A stretch of 64,000 nucleotides of DNA from a virus (taxonomy: Duplodnaviria; Caudoviricetes). The DNA lies in IMG/VR virus record IMGVR_UViG_3300047160_005625, positions 6,562 to 70,561 of that record; one strand, given 5' to 3'. Made by a program: the position numbers and the translations under genes. The notes beneath the pieces are model-generated. The model saw only the letters and a program-made list of their open reading frames with translations, had not been told where the DNA came from and made no database searches. Positions 17,899 to 28,900 of this stretch are shown here, one piece after another. The stretch's first letter is position 1. Each line of letters begins with the position of its first letter.

Positions 17899-20800
17899 AT
17901 GGGCGCACTCGCAATCCCGCAAATCGGACAACCGCCTGGAACCTACAATTATCCATCATCGGCTTACAATCCGATGAATGCGCGTGATGTCTATAACATG
18001 TATGGTGGTCTGGGGCAGAGTTACTTTGATTGGGGTCAATCGTTCGGCACGCAGCAAGGGGCGCTCGCCAACTACTATGGCGGGAACGAGGCGGGTTATG
18101 GCAATCTCACGAATCAACTTTATTCCCCGATCTGGCAAGGGGGTGGAGGGTATACCCCCGAGCAGATGCAGAATGTTCTGCAATCGCAGGGTCTGCAAGA
18201 TGTGCTCGCGCAGAGTCCGAATAACTTCCTAAGCCAGGGTCAGCAGTCCGCGATTCTCGGCGATCCTTATTCTGCGTTTAAGGCCTTCATCCCGCAGGCG
18301 CAGGGAATCGCGCAGGGCGGGAATCAGATTCAGCAGAACTTCGCGAATGCGGCCCAACAGGGTCAGCAGGCCGGCACAGGCGTCCTGGGGCAATGGCAAT
18401 CGAACCTTCAGGGAGCGCTCGCCCCATTCGGCGGTCAGGTCAACACGGCTCTTAACACCGGAGCGGGCCAACTCGCAGCGGCGCAAGGCAATCCGCTGCT
18501 TTCTCCGACCGCGCAGTATTACCAGCAGGCCGGTGTTTCCGATCAGCAAGTGCAAGACATGGCCGAAGCTGCGGCGCGCGGTGTCGGCGCTCAATTCGGC
18601 GCGACCAAGGACCAAGTATTGGCCGCCGCGCAGGCGAGCGGTTATGGAACTCCGCTGGGAATCGCGTCCGCTATGGGCGCATTGGATCGGTCGAGCGCGG
18701 CGGGTCAATCCGATGCTCTGCTGAATGCGCGAATGCAGGCTCTCGCGGCGCAACGGCAAGCGGCGCAGAACATACAGAATACGCAGTTGAACGCGGGCCA
18801 ATATCAGGCGGGCCTCGCATCATCGAACGCTCTCGCCGAGCAGAATGCGCGGATCGCGGCGGCGCAGGCAGTCACGGGAATGAATGTCAATGCCGCGAAC
18901 ACCATCGGTCAGGCAGGCCAGCAGCAGACTCAATTCGACACCGGCCAAATGATGAATGCGATTGGCCAGGGCGGCACATTTGCACAGAACGCCGCCATGT
19001 GGGGTGCCGGGAATGAAGCGCAAATGCAGCAGGCCGCAGAAGCAGCGGCGGCGCAGCGCAATTGGAACCTGGGAACGAATGTCCAGCAGACCAATATGTA
19101 TAACCAGAACATGGGTTTGCAGGGCAATCAGATCATGTCCCAGCGGTATCAGCAAGCCTATCAGCCCTGGTTGCAAGAACAGTACATGGGGCTGCAAATG
19201 GCTCCGCAGCAGCAGAACTATTACGGCAGCCAAGCCAACAACGCTTATGGGCGGCAGTTGCAGGGGCAAGGAGTCATGCAGCAGGGCACGCTAGGGGCGG
19301 CGGGAGGCTACGCGGGCTGGGGAGAGAACCAACAGCAAACATCAGGAGCGACGGGCATTCTGAGAAATATCGGTCAAGGCGCGAGCGTGCTCAAACCCGG
19401 CGGCGGCGGCGGAGGTGGCGGAAATTACAGCGGCTATGGCGGCGCCAGAGGCGGCACGATTGATCATCACCAACTGATCGAAGTCGGCGAAGAGGACAAG
19501 CCCGAGATGATTCTGCCGCTCTCGCCGCGCACGCCCGACCATGGCCGTAATCCTTACGAAAAGATAGGCGCCGGCATCGGCGAAATGTTGGGCATTCCGC
19601 AACATGATGGATACCAAAAGGGCGGGATTGCGGGGGATAAGTGGGCCACGAATATTTTCCACGATCCGAACGCGGGCCAATTGCAATACGATCCGCTGTA
19701 CATGGCGCCAGGGCCAACGCAAGGCATGACGAAGCCTGGAACGATCAATTTGAAGACTCTGCCGCCCGTGGATCTTGGCGACGGTTATTGGGGGACGGTG
19801 AGGAGCGCTTCGCGCGAGGACGATAACGGCAACGAGGTCTTATACCCAACCATTGTCAACGGACGCCCAGTGGACGACGAGAGCGCATGGCGCTACGCGC
19901 AAGGTACGGGTCGCAATTTAGGCACGTTCAGGACTCCGCAAGACGCCGACGCCTACGCCGAGCGGCTGCACAGCGATTGGGAAAAGGGTCTGATTCCCGG
20001 CGTGCAAATGCATGGGAAGCCGAATGGTTACGCAACGGGCGGAATCGCGGATGACACAAACTCATTCGAGCACATTTTGGAGGGCGAAGAAATGGCTGAA
20101 GGGCGGGAATTACCAGATTATTTGACGCGAGGCGGTGGTTACGCGCGAGGCGGCACAACTCCGAGCGGCATTCATATTAAGCCATCTCATGCAGGCCGAC
20201 TCCACGAGAATCTGGGGATCGCGCAGGACAAACCGATTCCTCGGTCCAGACTTGAGGAGGCAAAACAGAGCGACAGCCCCGCCATCCGCAAGCAGGCGAA
20301 TTTCGCATTGAATGCTCGTGGCTGGGATCATGCTGCCCATGGCCTGATGGTGCCGAGTGTACGGGCTACCCCGAGGGTAGCGGCGATGCCGATGGCGAGA
20401 TCGGGAATCCATCTCAACATGCCGATCCGAGGCATGCGGCTTCAAGCGCCGATCCGACCGGCCATGCTGCCACGAGGGGGAGTGCAGCGATTCGCGCGTG
20501 GCGGAGTCCTGGGTTATGGTCCCCAAGGGAATGAATTCGGCTCGCAGGAGCGCGAAGCCGAGAACCTGCCGTGGGGCACGCACGACAACGATTACCGGGG
20601 CGCGGAGTATGGCGAGTTTCAGCGCTTCGGCAGGCCAGAGCCGTTTCAGGCCGGTGGAATTCTCGGGGCGATAGGAAGCGGACTAGGCGCTGTCGGCAAG
20701 GGCATAGGCCAGCAACTCTACAACCAATATGTACAGCCCTATTTGCCGCCGCCCTCGCAACCCGCGCCTCCGGCTCCACCTCCGTTAGCAATAGGCGGTC

Positions 20801-21690
20801 AGCCTCCGGGACCCATGCCTGGGACTCCTCCCGGAATGCCTCAAATGCCCCCAACTCCGGGAATGCCCCCGCCTCCTGGACCGCCGCCGCAGCAGTTCCA
20901 GCGCGGCGGCATTCCCGGAGGAAACTTCGCGGGGCAACCGCAACAAGGATGGGGCGGCGGTAGTTATGGTGGCGACTGGGGAGGCCAAGGAGGAGGTTGG
21001 GGACGCGGTGGCGGTGGTTGGGGAGGTGGAGGCGGTATGCCTTGGGGTGCCGGCGGCGGATACGGCGGTGGATATGGCGGCGGATACGGAAGCATGATGA
21101 GGCGTCCCATGGGGCCGGGAGGCTGGGGCGGCGGAGGTGGTGGGTGGGGTGGCCCGCAGCCGGGAGCAACCAATAATATCGCACAGGCAGGTCCGGCTTT
21201 CAGCGGGCAAGATCCGAGGACTATGGCCTATGCTAATTCAGTCATTAATGCTTTCAATACGCCTAATCCAGGGGGCACCGGAGGGATGGGCACTTTCGAT
21301 CAAACTCAAGCTCTCGCAAATGCTGGCGGACCTCCGCCGACTCCGTATGGTCAGACGGGCGGATTGACTCAGGATCAACAGAACGCGAATACGCGGGCCG
21401 TGAACATGGGCACTCCTGCTCCATTTCCAGCGGGGGATGGAACGCAGCAGAATCAGACCGCTGCGCAGGGATCGAATCAGGATGCCGAGAGGCAAGCGTG
21501 GTTGAACCAAAGGCGAAGCCTTTTGGGAACTCCGGCAGCAGGCGGATCTGCTTACAATCCGAGAGGATTCGCCCGAGGCGGCATTTCTCCCTGGACGCCC
21601 TCAATCCCACGAACCTATTACCAAAGCAACTTTAATACTCCGACGAGTCACGAACCTCCGTTCAGCGAGCGCACTCCCAGATATCGCTAG
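17899..21690 (+). CDS. Large internal virion/DNA-ejection protein, modular (1263 aa)
   Basis: Gln/Ala/Gly-rich N-terminal half; GGTI...EVGEEDKPEMILPL motif; several modules separated by (F/Y)xxGG motifs; low-complexity Pro/Gly tail. Confidence 0.65.
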   Translation: MGALAIPQIGQPPGTYNYPSSAYNPMNARDVYNMYGGLGQSYFDWGQSFGTQQGALANYYGGNEAGYGNLTNQLYSPIWQGGGGYTPEQMQNVLQSQGLQDVLAQSPNNFLSQGQQSAILGDPYSAFKAFIPQAQGIAQGGNQIQQNFANAAQQGQQAGTGVLGQWQSNLQGALAPFGGQVNTALNTGAGQLAAAQGNPLLSPTAQYYQQAGVSDQQVQDMAEAAARGVGAQFGATKDQVLAAAQASGYGTPLGIASAMGALDRSSAAGQSDALLNARMQALAAQRQAAQNIQNTQLNAGQYQAGLASSNALAEQNARIAAAQAVTGMNVNAANTIGQAGQQQTQFDTGQMMNAIGQGGTFAQNAAMWGAGNEAQMQQAAEAAAAQRNWNLGTNVQQTNMYNQNMGLQGNQIMSQRYQQAYQPWLQEQYMGLQMAPQQQNYYGSQANNAYGRQLQGQGVMQQGTLGAAGGYAGWGENQQQTSGATGILRNIGQGASVLKPGGGGGGGGNYSGYGGARGGTIDHHQLIEVGEEDKPEMILPLSPRTPDHGRNPYEKIGAGIGEMLGIPQHDGYQKGGIAGDKWATNIFHDPNAGQLQYDPLYMAPGPTQGMTKPGTINLKTLPPVDLGDGYWGTVRSASREDDNGNEVLYPTIVNGRPVDDESAWRYAQGTGRNLGTFRTPQDADAYAERLHSDWEKGLIPGVQMHGKPNGYATGGIADDTNSFEHILEGEEMAEGRELPDYLTRGGGYARGGTTPSGIHIKPSHAGRLHENLGIAQDKPIPRSRLEEAKQSDSPAIRKQANFALNARGWDHAAHGLMVPSVRATPRVAAMPMARSGIHLNMPIRGMRLQAPIRPAMLPRGGVQRFARGGVLGYGPQGNEFGSQEREAENLPWGTHDNDYRGAEYGEFQRFGRPEPFQAGGILGAIGSGLGAVGKGIGQQLYNQYVQPYLPPPSQPAPPAPPPLAIGGQPPGPMPGTPPGMPQMPPTPGMPPPPGPPPQQFQRGGIPGGNFAGQPQQGWGGGSYGGDWGGQGGGWGRGGGGWGGGGGMPWGAGGGYGGGYGGGYGSMMRRPMGPGGWGGGGGGWGGPQPGATNNIAQAGPAFSGQDPRTMAYANSVINAFNTPNPGGTGGMGTFDQTQALANAGGPPPTPYGQTGGLTQDQQNANTRAVNMGTPAPFPAGDGTQQNQTAAQGSNQDAERQAWLNQRRSLLGTPAAGGSAYNPRGFARGGISPWTPSIPRTYYQSNFNTPTSHEPPFSERTPRYR

Positions 21691-21696
21691 TTTCTA

Positions 21697-23574
21697 ATGG
21701 CCCCCCGTAATCTGAGAAATTTGCCCGCTATCTTTGGTAGCGATTGGAATGGCCTCACTGGGCAAGGTGAAATCTATGACGACGAACTGCAAGGAGGCGT
21801 GGCCGTAGACGCAAATGATGCCCCAGTTAATTATGCTCCGCTTGGCTCAGCGAAATACGACACAGGTGACTCATCGCCGATCCCCGATGTCCAACCCACT
21901 GCGCCCCAGCCTTCTCAATTACCGACGACAACGATGGCGCAGCTTCAACCGTCAGCACCTCCGCCTGGACCTCCGTCTACGCCGGAGTCTGCTCCCTCAG
22001 CGTCCGCGCCATCCATTTTGCCTCCTGAGAATCCACTTCTCACTGCGAATTTGAATCAGGGGCAAGGTCCGACGCGCGAGGCGGCAGCGCGAGCGACAGC
22101 GCGGGCGTCTCAACTTCCGCCTTCCCCCGATCTCCAGAGAATAGCGCAAATGGGTCAGAACGAACCTGAACTACCCGGCCATGTGCCATGGTGGCGGCAA
22201 GTTCTCGCAGGGATGGCGCCTCCCCAGTTTTCTGGTTTGGTTGCTTATGGCCCTAAAGGGGAGGAGCAGATTCGTAGACATCAGCTATGGGAACAGAATT
22301 TGCCTAGAGCGGAGGAGGCAGCGAAGGAGCTAAGTGCGGAACAGAATAGACGTTACTTGGCTGATATAACTCGATCTGAGTCAGAAGCCCGAATACAAGC
22401 GGAGCGGGACCGTGATAAAGCGACCGCTGCGCACCAATTGGCGGACGACCAATTGAATCAAGCTAAAGTCCGCCTGGAGTATCAGGACCCCACCAAGACC
22501 GGAGGCAAGATCGCGTATACGCCAGAGGCGGCGGAACAATTGGCTTCAATGAACCACATATGGCAGGAGACTGTACCTCCTTCTTTCGCCGGGAAGGACG
22601 AGAGATGGTTTAGTCCCGTGGAAAATACCGTTACGGCTGAGATGGCGGCCAGTCCCATAGGCAGGCGAATGGGATGGCAAGAGGGGCAGCATCTTAATGG
22701 TGAGGCATATAGGGCCGCTGTTACCGGAAATTTCGAGGCGATCCTTCATGGAGGCGGTCCAGGCGACCCGATGGAGGTAAAGAACGCGATCTTCGGGTCT
22801 ATTCCGGCGAAGTATCAGGATTTGAGAGATAGCACGTGGGCGCAGGCTCAATTCTACCTGAACGATAAAAGTGGCGACAAACTTAAAAATGCGGAAGCCG
22901 CCAGACAGGTGATGGAGAAAGGGTTCCAACTATCTGAGGAAAGACTGCGCCAGGAAAGGCAGCAACAATTTGAGAAGGAAAAAGAAGCGGCTAATCGTGG
23001 CGCTCTCGGAAAAGATCCAAACACGGGCTTGATTACCTGGACTCCTGTCGGGCAACGCCAAACTCCCGGCACGATGACTGTTGGGCAGGCGGGCCAGATA
23101 GCTCAACAGGCTGCTAAGGATGTCGGCAACGCTGTTAAGTCGGCTGAGGATATGCAGGAGTCCGCTAAAAACGCCGCTGGCTTAGTTGCCATGGCGAACA
23201 ATGGTAATCCCATGGCGGATAGGACGCTGCTATTTCAATTCCTGGGCGCGACCAAACCAGAAGGCATGGGGAAACTGAGGCTGAGCAATCAAGAGATAAA
23301 CTTTGTCCTCAGTGCCCGTAGCGCTTTAGGGGACCTGGATGCGCTTTGGAACAAAATTTCCAGCGGTGGAAATCTTGCGACCAAGGAGCGGCAGGACATC
23401 CTTGACATTATGAATTACATGGCTGCTCGCGCAGCAGAGCATGCCAAAGAGAAGCAGGCGGCAGCGCCGGGAGGTAGAGGAGTAACTACGACTCCAATAA
23501 CTCCGCCTTCTAGTACACCAGCCACTCCCCCGTCTGCCGAAGACGTAAAGAAGAAACACAACATCAACTATTAG
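21697..23574 (+). CDS. Probable internal virion/ejection protein (625 aa)
   Basis: Helical, Ala/Gln-rich; consecutive with the other ejection-like genes. Confidence 0.55.
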   Translation: MAPRNLRNLPAIFGSDWNGLTGQGEIYDDELQGGVAVDANDAPVNYAPLGSAKYDTGDSSPIPDVQPTAPQPSQLPTTTMAQLQPSAPPPGPPSTPESAPSASAPSILPPENPLLTANLNQGQGPTREAAARATARASQLPPSPDLQRIAQMGQNEPELPGHVPWWRQVLAGMAPPQFSGLVAYGPKGEEQIRRHQLWEQNLPRAEEAAKELSAEQNRRYLADITRSESEARIQAERDRDKATAAHQLADDQLNQAKVRLEYQDPTKTGGKIAYTPEAAEQLASMNHIWQETVPPSFAGKDERWFSPVENTVTAEMAASPIGRRMGWQEGQHLNGEAYRAAVTGNFEAILHGGGPGDPMEVKNAIFGSIPAKYQDLRDSTWAQAQFYLNDKSGDKLKNAEAARQVMEKGFQLSEERLRQERQQQFEKEKEAANRGALGKDPNTGLITWTPVGQRQTPGTMTVGQAGQIAQQAAKDVGNAVKSAEDMQESAKNAAGLVAMANNGNPMADRTLLFQFLGATKPEGMGKLRLSNQEINFVLSARSALGDLDALWNKISSGGNLATKERQDILDIMNYMAARAAEHAKEKQAAAPGGRGVTTTPITPPSSTPATPPSAEDVKKKHNINY

Positions 23575-23575
23575 T

Positions 23576-25120
23576 ATGGCGGATCTTTCCCCAGAGCGGC
23601 GCAAGCAGCTTGACGATATTGTCGTAAAACTCGATTCAGAGGGAGCGTCTACCCCAGAGATCCAGGCTGTGGTGGACGATTTCAAGAAGAAGTATACTCC
23701 GCAAACATTGCCACAGAAAGTCGGGTCTGCGATCTGGGAAGCGGCCAAAAATGCGTCTGCCGGTAAAGATGTTTATGGACAGCCGCTTTATCCACCCGAT
23801 CCACAGACAGGAAAGCCGACCGTGAGGCCACTCGATTTAGGCCCTATCGCGTATGGCGCTCCCGCCCCGGAAAGAGTGGCCACGGCTTTGGAACTGCTTA
23901 AAAACAGTGGAATCACCAAGAATCTAGCCAAGGCTGGACTCAAGGGTATAGGGGCGGGTATGCTGACGACCTTAAAAAGTCCATTCAGACACCCTTGGAC
24001 AGGTACGGCGATGGCGCTTAGTGGACTTGGGGATTTAGGGGATGCTGCGAAAACGCTATGGCAAGCATTCAAGGCTGCTGGCGGCGGCACACAAGAGGAA
24101 TTCGAGACGTGGCTCGCAAATCAGGATCGGGAAGCTATATGGAAAAAGGCGGGGGCTACTGGGCAACCTGCTCCAGCGTCTGCTCCTCCTGCCCAGATTG
24201 CTCCGGCACCCGCTCAATTGCCCTCTGGTAGGAGTCCTGGACCTGCACCGCCAAAACCTGCTCCAGTAGCAAAGCCTCCCATGTGGCAGGGAATCACGGA
24301 TGCGCCATCGCCATCTGGGCTACCCCCTAAGCCTGTTGTAGGATCAGCATCGCCGGTTCTTCCTTCCGGGAGAATTCCGGGTCGGCCTGTTCCTTCGGCT
24401 GGACCTGCGGGCGCAAGACCTCCTCTGTGGCAAGGTATCACGGACCAACCGGGGACTGTGCTGCCTGAAGTTCCCAATCTAGAGCCAGCCCCGGATATTC
24501 CAACTACTCCAGCTAATCCCCCCATCATGAGTAGCTGGAAGCCCACCGGGAAGATACCTGGGTCTTATGCGGCGCGAGGGGAACCACTCACGATGAGTGA
24601 GCCTAAGTGGAATAACCTCACTCCTGAGGAGCAGGCGGAGTGGCGCGACGCGGTAGCCACGCAGGACAAACCCAAAGCGGCCCCAGCGCAAGCCGCCGCT
24701 GCTGCCGCCGCCCCAACCCCAACTCCAGAGAACATCGCTCCTGCCACTAGTACGCCTGCGCCTTCAGATGCGGGCGATCTAAGTGATCCATTGAGGCGGA
24801 GTATCGCTCAAGCCAATGCACGGAAGGCGGCTGCAGAGCAACAACCGAAAATTCCACCTGAGTATCTGCAAAATAAGATCAACGTGGCGGATGCTGGCGC
24901 CAAGGTCTTACGCGATCTTGGCGTTACTCGGGAACATATGCAGAGGCTAAAGACTAGCAATCCGCAAGCTTATGAAGATGTATTTACCAATGTGGCCAAG
25001 CTTCCAGGAGTATCAAAGCAGGCTAATTATCCGCTAACCGACGAAGTGACTCGTGGTATGATGATCGACCGACTGCCATCGGAATCCACTCTGCCAGATT
25101 ATCCGCACTTCCAGCAATAG
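23576..25120 (+). CDS. Probable internal virion/ejection protein (514 aa), Pro-rich
   Basis: Amphipathic Gly/Ala segment and a repeated P.WQGITD.P motif (two copies). Confidence 0.55.
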   Translation: MADLSPERRKQLDDIVVKLDSEGASTPEIQAVVDDFKKKYTPQTLPQKVGSAIWEAAKNASAGKDVYGQPLYPPDPQTGKPTVRPLDLGPIAYGAPAPERVATALELLKNSGITKNLAKAGLKGIGAGMLTTLKSPFRHPWTGTAMALSGLGDLGDAAKTLWQAFKAAGGGTQEEFETWLANQDREAIWKKAGATGQPAPASAPPAQIAPAPAQLPSGRSPGPAPPKPAPVAKPPMWQGITDAPSPSGLPPKPVVGSASPVLPSGRIPGRPVPSAGPAGARPPLWQGITDQPGTVLPEVPNLEPAPDIPTTPANPPIMSSWKPTGKIPGSYAARGEPLTMSEPKWNNLTPEEQAEWRDAVATQDKPKAAPAQAAAAAAAPTPTPENIAPATSTPAPSDAGDLSDPLRRSIAQANARKAAAEQQPKIPPEYLQNKINVADAGAKVLRDLGVTREHMQRLKTSNPQAYEDVFTNVAKLPGVSKQANYPLTDEVTRGMMIDRLPSESTLPDYPHFQQ

Positions 25121-25141
25121 TCAATAACAGAATCACATCTT

Positions 25142-25171
25142 AAGAGCCCCGGCGAAAGTCGGGGCTCTTTG
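25142..25171 (+). terminator. Intrinsic terminator-like hairpin
   Basis: AAGAGCCCCGGC-GAAA-GTCGGGGCTCTT followed by T. Confidence 0.6.
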
Positions 25172-25178
25172 CTGCCCT

Positions 25179-25361
25179 ATGCCATCCGTTAGCCGAAATC
25201 AGCAAATTGTCGCCGCCATCGCAAAGCATCATCCCGAGCAACTATACGAGCGCAACAAGGGGATGGCAAAGATGTCGCCGAAGCAACTGGATGAATTCGC
25301 CTCCACACCCCGCAAGGGCCTGCCGAAGAAAGTCCAACACTATGAGCGCAATAAAGAGTAG
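25179..25361 (+). CDS. Small basic phage protein (MPSVS..QQ...KGLPKKV family)
   Basis: Pattern MP..S..QQ.......FAST..KGLP.KV is common in phage genomes. Confidence 0.65.
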   Translation: MPSVSRNQQIVAAIAKHHPEQLYERNKGMAKMSPKQLDEFASTPRKGLPKKVQHYERNKE

Positions 25362-25932
25362 TGTCGTCCTAGTCCTACTGGCGCTAGCAACTTATGCCCA
25401 GACGGGCGGGACGCCGGTAACGTTGAACGGCTATCCTCAGTCGCAGCCGACTCGCTTCCTCGATTACGACGCCAACGGGAACCTCGCCTATATCTGCTAC
25501 ACCACGCCATCGGGGATTGCTGCCTACTACAATTACTCTCGCTCCGTGATGGGCGGCACGCTCACGTCTATCGTGGTGGCCACGAATGTAGGCACGGTCA
25601 CGACCGTGGGCGCTCATGGCCTGATGGTCGGCCAGGGAGTGACCGTCTCGGGGGCCACGCTGGGCGCTTTGAACGCCACCTATATCATCGCGACTGTACC
25701 GTCCACTACCACTTTCACCATTACCACGACGGGCGTGGCGGATGGGACTTACAATAACGTCGCGCTTACCATATCAGGGAGTGCGCCGCTCCTGACTTCG
25801 CCTATCTGGTCAATAAATAAGCTCACATACTCTGCTGGAAATTCCCTGATCGGTTCGCAATGGGCCTTGGGCGCTGCCGGAAATTATACGAGCATTTGCG
25901 CGAATCGTGCCACGATTAACACCTACAAATAA
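25342..25932 (+). CDS. Secreted beta-rich protein with E1-FCCH-like domain (196 aa)
   Basis: Signal peptide MSAIKSSVVLVLLALATYA|Q; TVTTVGAHGLMVGQGVTVSGAT...LNATYIIATVPSTTTFT. Confidence 0.65.
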   Translation: MSAIKSSVVLVLLALATYAQTGGTPVTLNGYPQSQPTRFLDYDANGNLAYICYTTPSGIAAYYNYSRSVMGGTLTSIVVATNVGTVTTVGAHGLMVGQGVTVSGATLGALNATYIIATVPSTTTFTITTTGVADGTYNNVALTISGSAPLLTSPIWSINKLTYSAGNSLIGSQWALGAAGNYTSICANRATINTYK

Positions 25933-28900
25933 TCCTCCAGGATTCGTAATATCCCAAGAGGAGGCGGGCCGCTTATCGCAGGATCAGTACGAGATCATCG
26001 GTGGCCAGTCCCGACCCTGGTGGCCGTGGCAAATACGGGGCCTGACCTGTCTGTGCGACGAAATCGCGTTGTTGGGCGGCAAGGGGGGGGGCAAATCGGA
26101 ATTGATGCGTGCGTGGTTGGTCAGCGGTAATCCTCATTTATCGGATCGCGACGAACGCGGTAATGATATTTCCTGGAATCGAACATATACCGAACACCCA
26201 TACTATCGCGGTTTGATCCTCAGGAAAAATGAGGGAGACTTGGCGGATTTTATCAAGCGTGCCGCCCGAATGTGGAAGTCGTTGGCTGGCGAGTATAAGA
26301 ACGGCAGGTTCGAGTTCCCCTCTGGGGCCGTGATCGATGTCGGTCACATGAAAGATCAGACCGCATGGATGAAGTACGTCGGAATCGAGTATGTACGAAT
26401 CGCTATCGATGAAGTGGGCCTAATCAAGGATTACAGCCTGTTTGAGGAGCTTCGCTCCACGATGCGTACCCCCTACCCGGAATTGCGATGCCAGATCATG
26501 GTAGCTTCCAACGCGGGTGGCCCAGGCACTTCGTGGCTCATTGAGAGGTACATGAAAGCCAGGGATACGGACGGAAACATCATTCCTCACGACAATGTGA
26601 TCACTGAGGAATATATGCATCCCTTTACTGGGGAAAAGAGGTTTCGCACCAGGATATGGATGTTCAGCACCATCCAAGATAATCCGATTTACACCAAATC
26701 CGATTACGCCATAACGTTGATGTCGCTCTCCGATCCAAAGCTGCGACGAGCCTATTTTGAGGGGCATTGGGATGCACTGTTCGGCTCCTATTTCTGCTTC
26801 AAGAAAGGGACTGAGATTTTGACCGATCAGGGATGGATGGACATCACATCTGTAGTAAAAGGGCAGCCAGTCGCTACGCTCAGTCCATCCATGGAGATGA
26901 GTTTCGAACCATGCACCATGACCAAATCTTTTCCCTTTCTCGGGGAGATGCGCGAGTTCAATGGTAAATCGTTGAGGTTTTCAGTTACGCCGAATCACCG
27001 TATGTATTCGCGCTTATCTGGGAAAAACGAATACGCCATGATTCCGGTGGATGATTTGCCTAGCTCCAGCGAATATCTACGGGCAGCGGCTATTTACAGA
27101 GGCACTTCGCCCGAAGAGATTATTATAAAGGACGATTCGATTCTTTCCAAATGGGTGAAGCTGGCGTGCATCGTATGTGGATCATTGTATTTAGCCAAGG
27201 CTCACCGACTGCGGCATCGGCGTAGAACCACCTGTTCGCGTCCCTGTTCTTATGTCGCCAGAGTAGCATATCGTGGCCACAAGTCAGAATTTGCCCCGAC
27301 AGTCGTGGGGCATATCGACAGCATAGATTGGCATCGGTTTGACCCTGGAGACTGGGCAGAATTACTCGGCTGGTACATAACAGAGGGCAGTATTGAGCGG
27401 AGAAAAGGAGTTGTAATAGGGTTCACAATTTCGCAGTATGAGGCTGTCAATCGAGCAAAGTGTCAGCGGATCGCAACACTACTGAGACGCATGGGTTTAT
27501 CGTTCACCCGAGACGATATGCGGTTTAGAGTGCATTCCACGGCCCTCGGGAAAGTCCTGGCTCACCTTGGAACTAGCAGATCCAAGTACATTCCGAGGGA
27601 AGTGGTCAATTACAAAAAGGACCATTTAGAACGGTTATTCGAAGCCCTGATGCTGGGGGATGGATGCCCGAGCACCAATTGCCAGGGAGCATATGAGTAT
27701 TTTACTGTTTCCAAGCGATTGGCCGATGACATTCAGGAATTATGCGCTCGTCTTGGCAGGATATGTTTTATCGGAAGGAGGCCATCAAAGAACCCTAAGC
27801 ATGCGGATGGTTATTACTTGCATATTCGGAGGCCAGGGAAGCTAACATCGCACGTCAGGAAGACGGATATAGTGAGTGTTCCTTATGAGGGTCTGGTCGC
27901 CTGCGTAACTGTGGAACCGTATCATACGGTGTTGGTCAGATACGAAGGCTCTGCGATGTGGTGCGGAAACAGTGACCTATTCCGGCCAGATGGGCCGATT
28001 AAGGTCAATAATGAACCGCCCAACGCCAATCATGTCCTAAAGCCCATGCTCGCCGGGACGGAGAAGCGCTACCCGATAGAGATCAAACCTTGGCACCACA
28101 TTACGATGGGCGGCGATTGGGGCTATGCGCATGAGGCCGCGTTTCTATGGGCGCGGCAATTGCCGGATAAGCGCGTCGTGATTTACCGCGAGTTCGTGGC
28201 GGACCACACATCTCCGGTGCGGCTGGGTTTCGAGATCGCGCAGAAGTCGCTCAAGGAACTTGAAGGGCTGCCATCGCACTCGTTTACGTTGTGGCTCAGC
28301 CATGACGCCTTTCGCAACGACCGAGGGGAGCGATCCACGGCGGAACTGATCGCGGCGGGGATCTCCAAGGTGCTTGGCCCCAAGGCAGTCCATCTGCCGG
28401 ATCTGATGATTCGAAATTTGCGCGAATCCTTCGCGATGGAATCTTTCAACCGCTATACCGCAGAGCAACAGCAGGAGGCCATCGATCAGATATTGCTCCA
28501 GCGGCGCACTGGGATCACGATTCGGATTGCCGAGAAGACCGGCGTGATCGGCTGGCAGCATTGCCGCGAGCTAATGCAGTGGGAGTCGTTCGGAGAGCCG
28601 AATACGCAACGCGACCCAGAGTTCGCGCGGAAGCTCCTCCATGAGAATCCCAAGGCGTTTGAGGCTTACGTGGAGTCATTCCGGGATATTCCGGTCGAGG
28701 TCCGTCCGCGCTTGCAGATTTACGATTGCTGCCCCAGGCTAATTACCGCCATTCCTCGGGCGCTCCATGAAGACGGCACAGAAAACGTCGATAAGGCGCA
28801 TTTCATCGGCAAGGATTTAATCGACGCCTTTTCCTACTTAGTGAGTGGACTCATGGACGAGGCTCCGGCTGAGCCATTCGAGGCGTTCCGCGAGCGGCGG

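Noticed and set aside
20740-21150. Pro- and Gly-rich low-complexity DNA as a separate repeat element
   Set aside because: It is explained by coding of PPPG and GGGWGG tracts within the ORF.
17899-21690. Classical tape-measure protein of a long-tailed phage
   Set aside because: No tail tube, sheath or tail-assembly-chaperone frameshift genes were seen, and the context (nozzle plus three large helical genes) fits podoviral ejection proteins.
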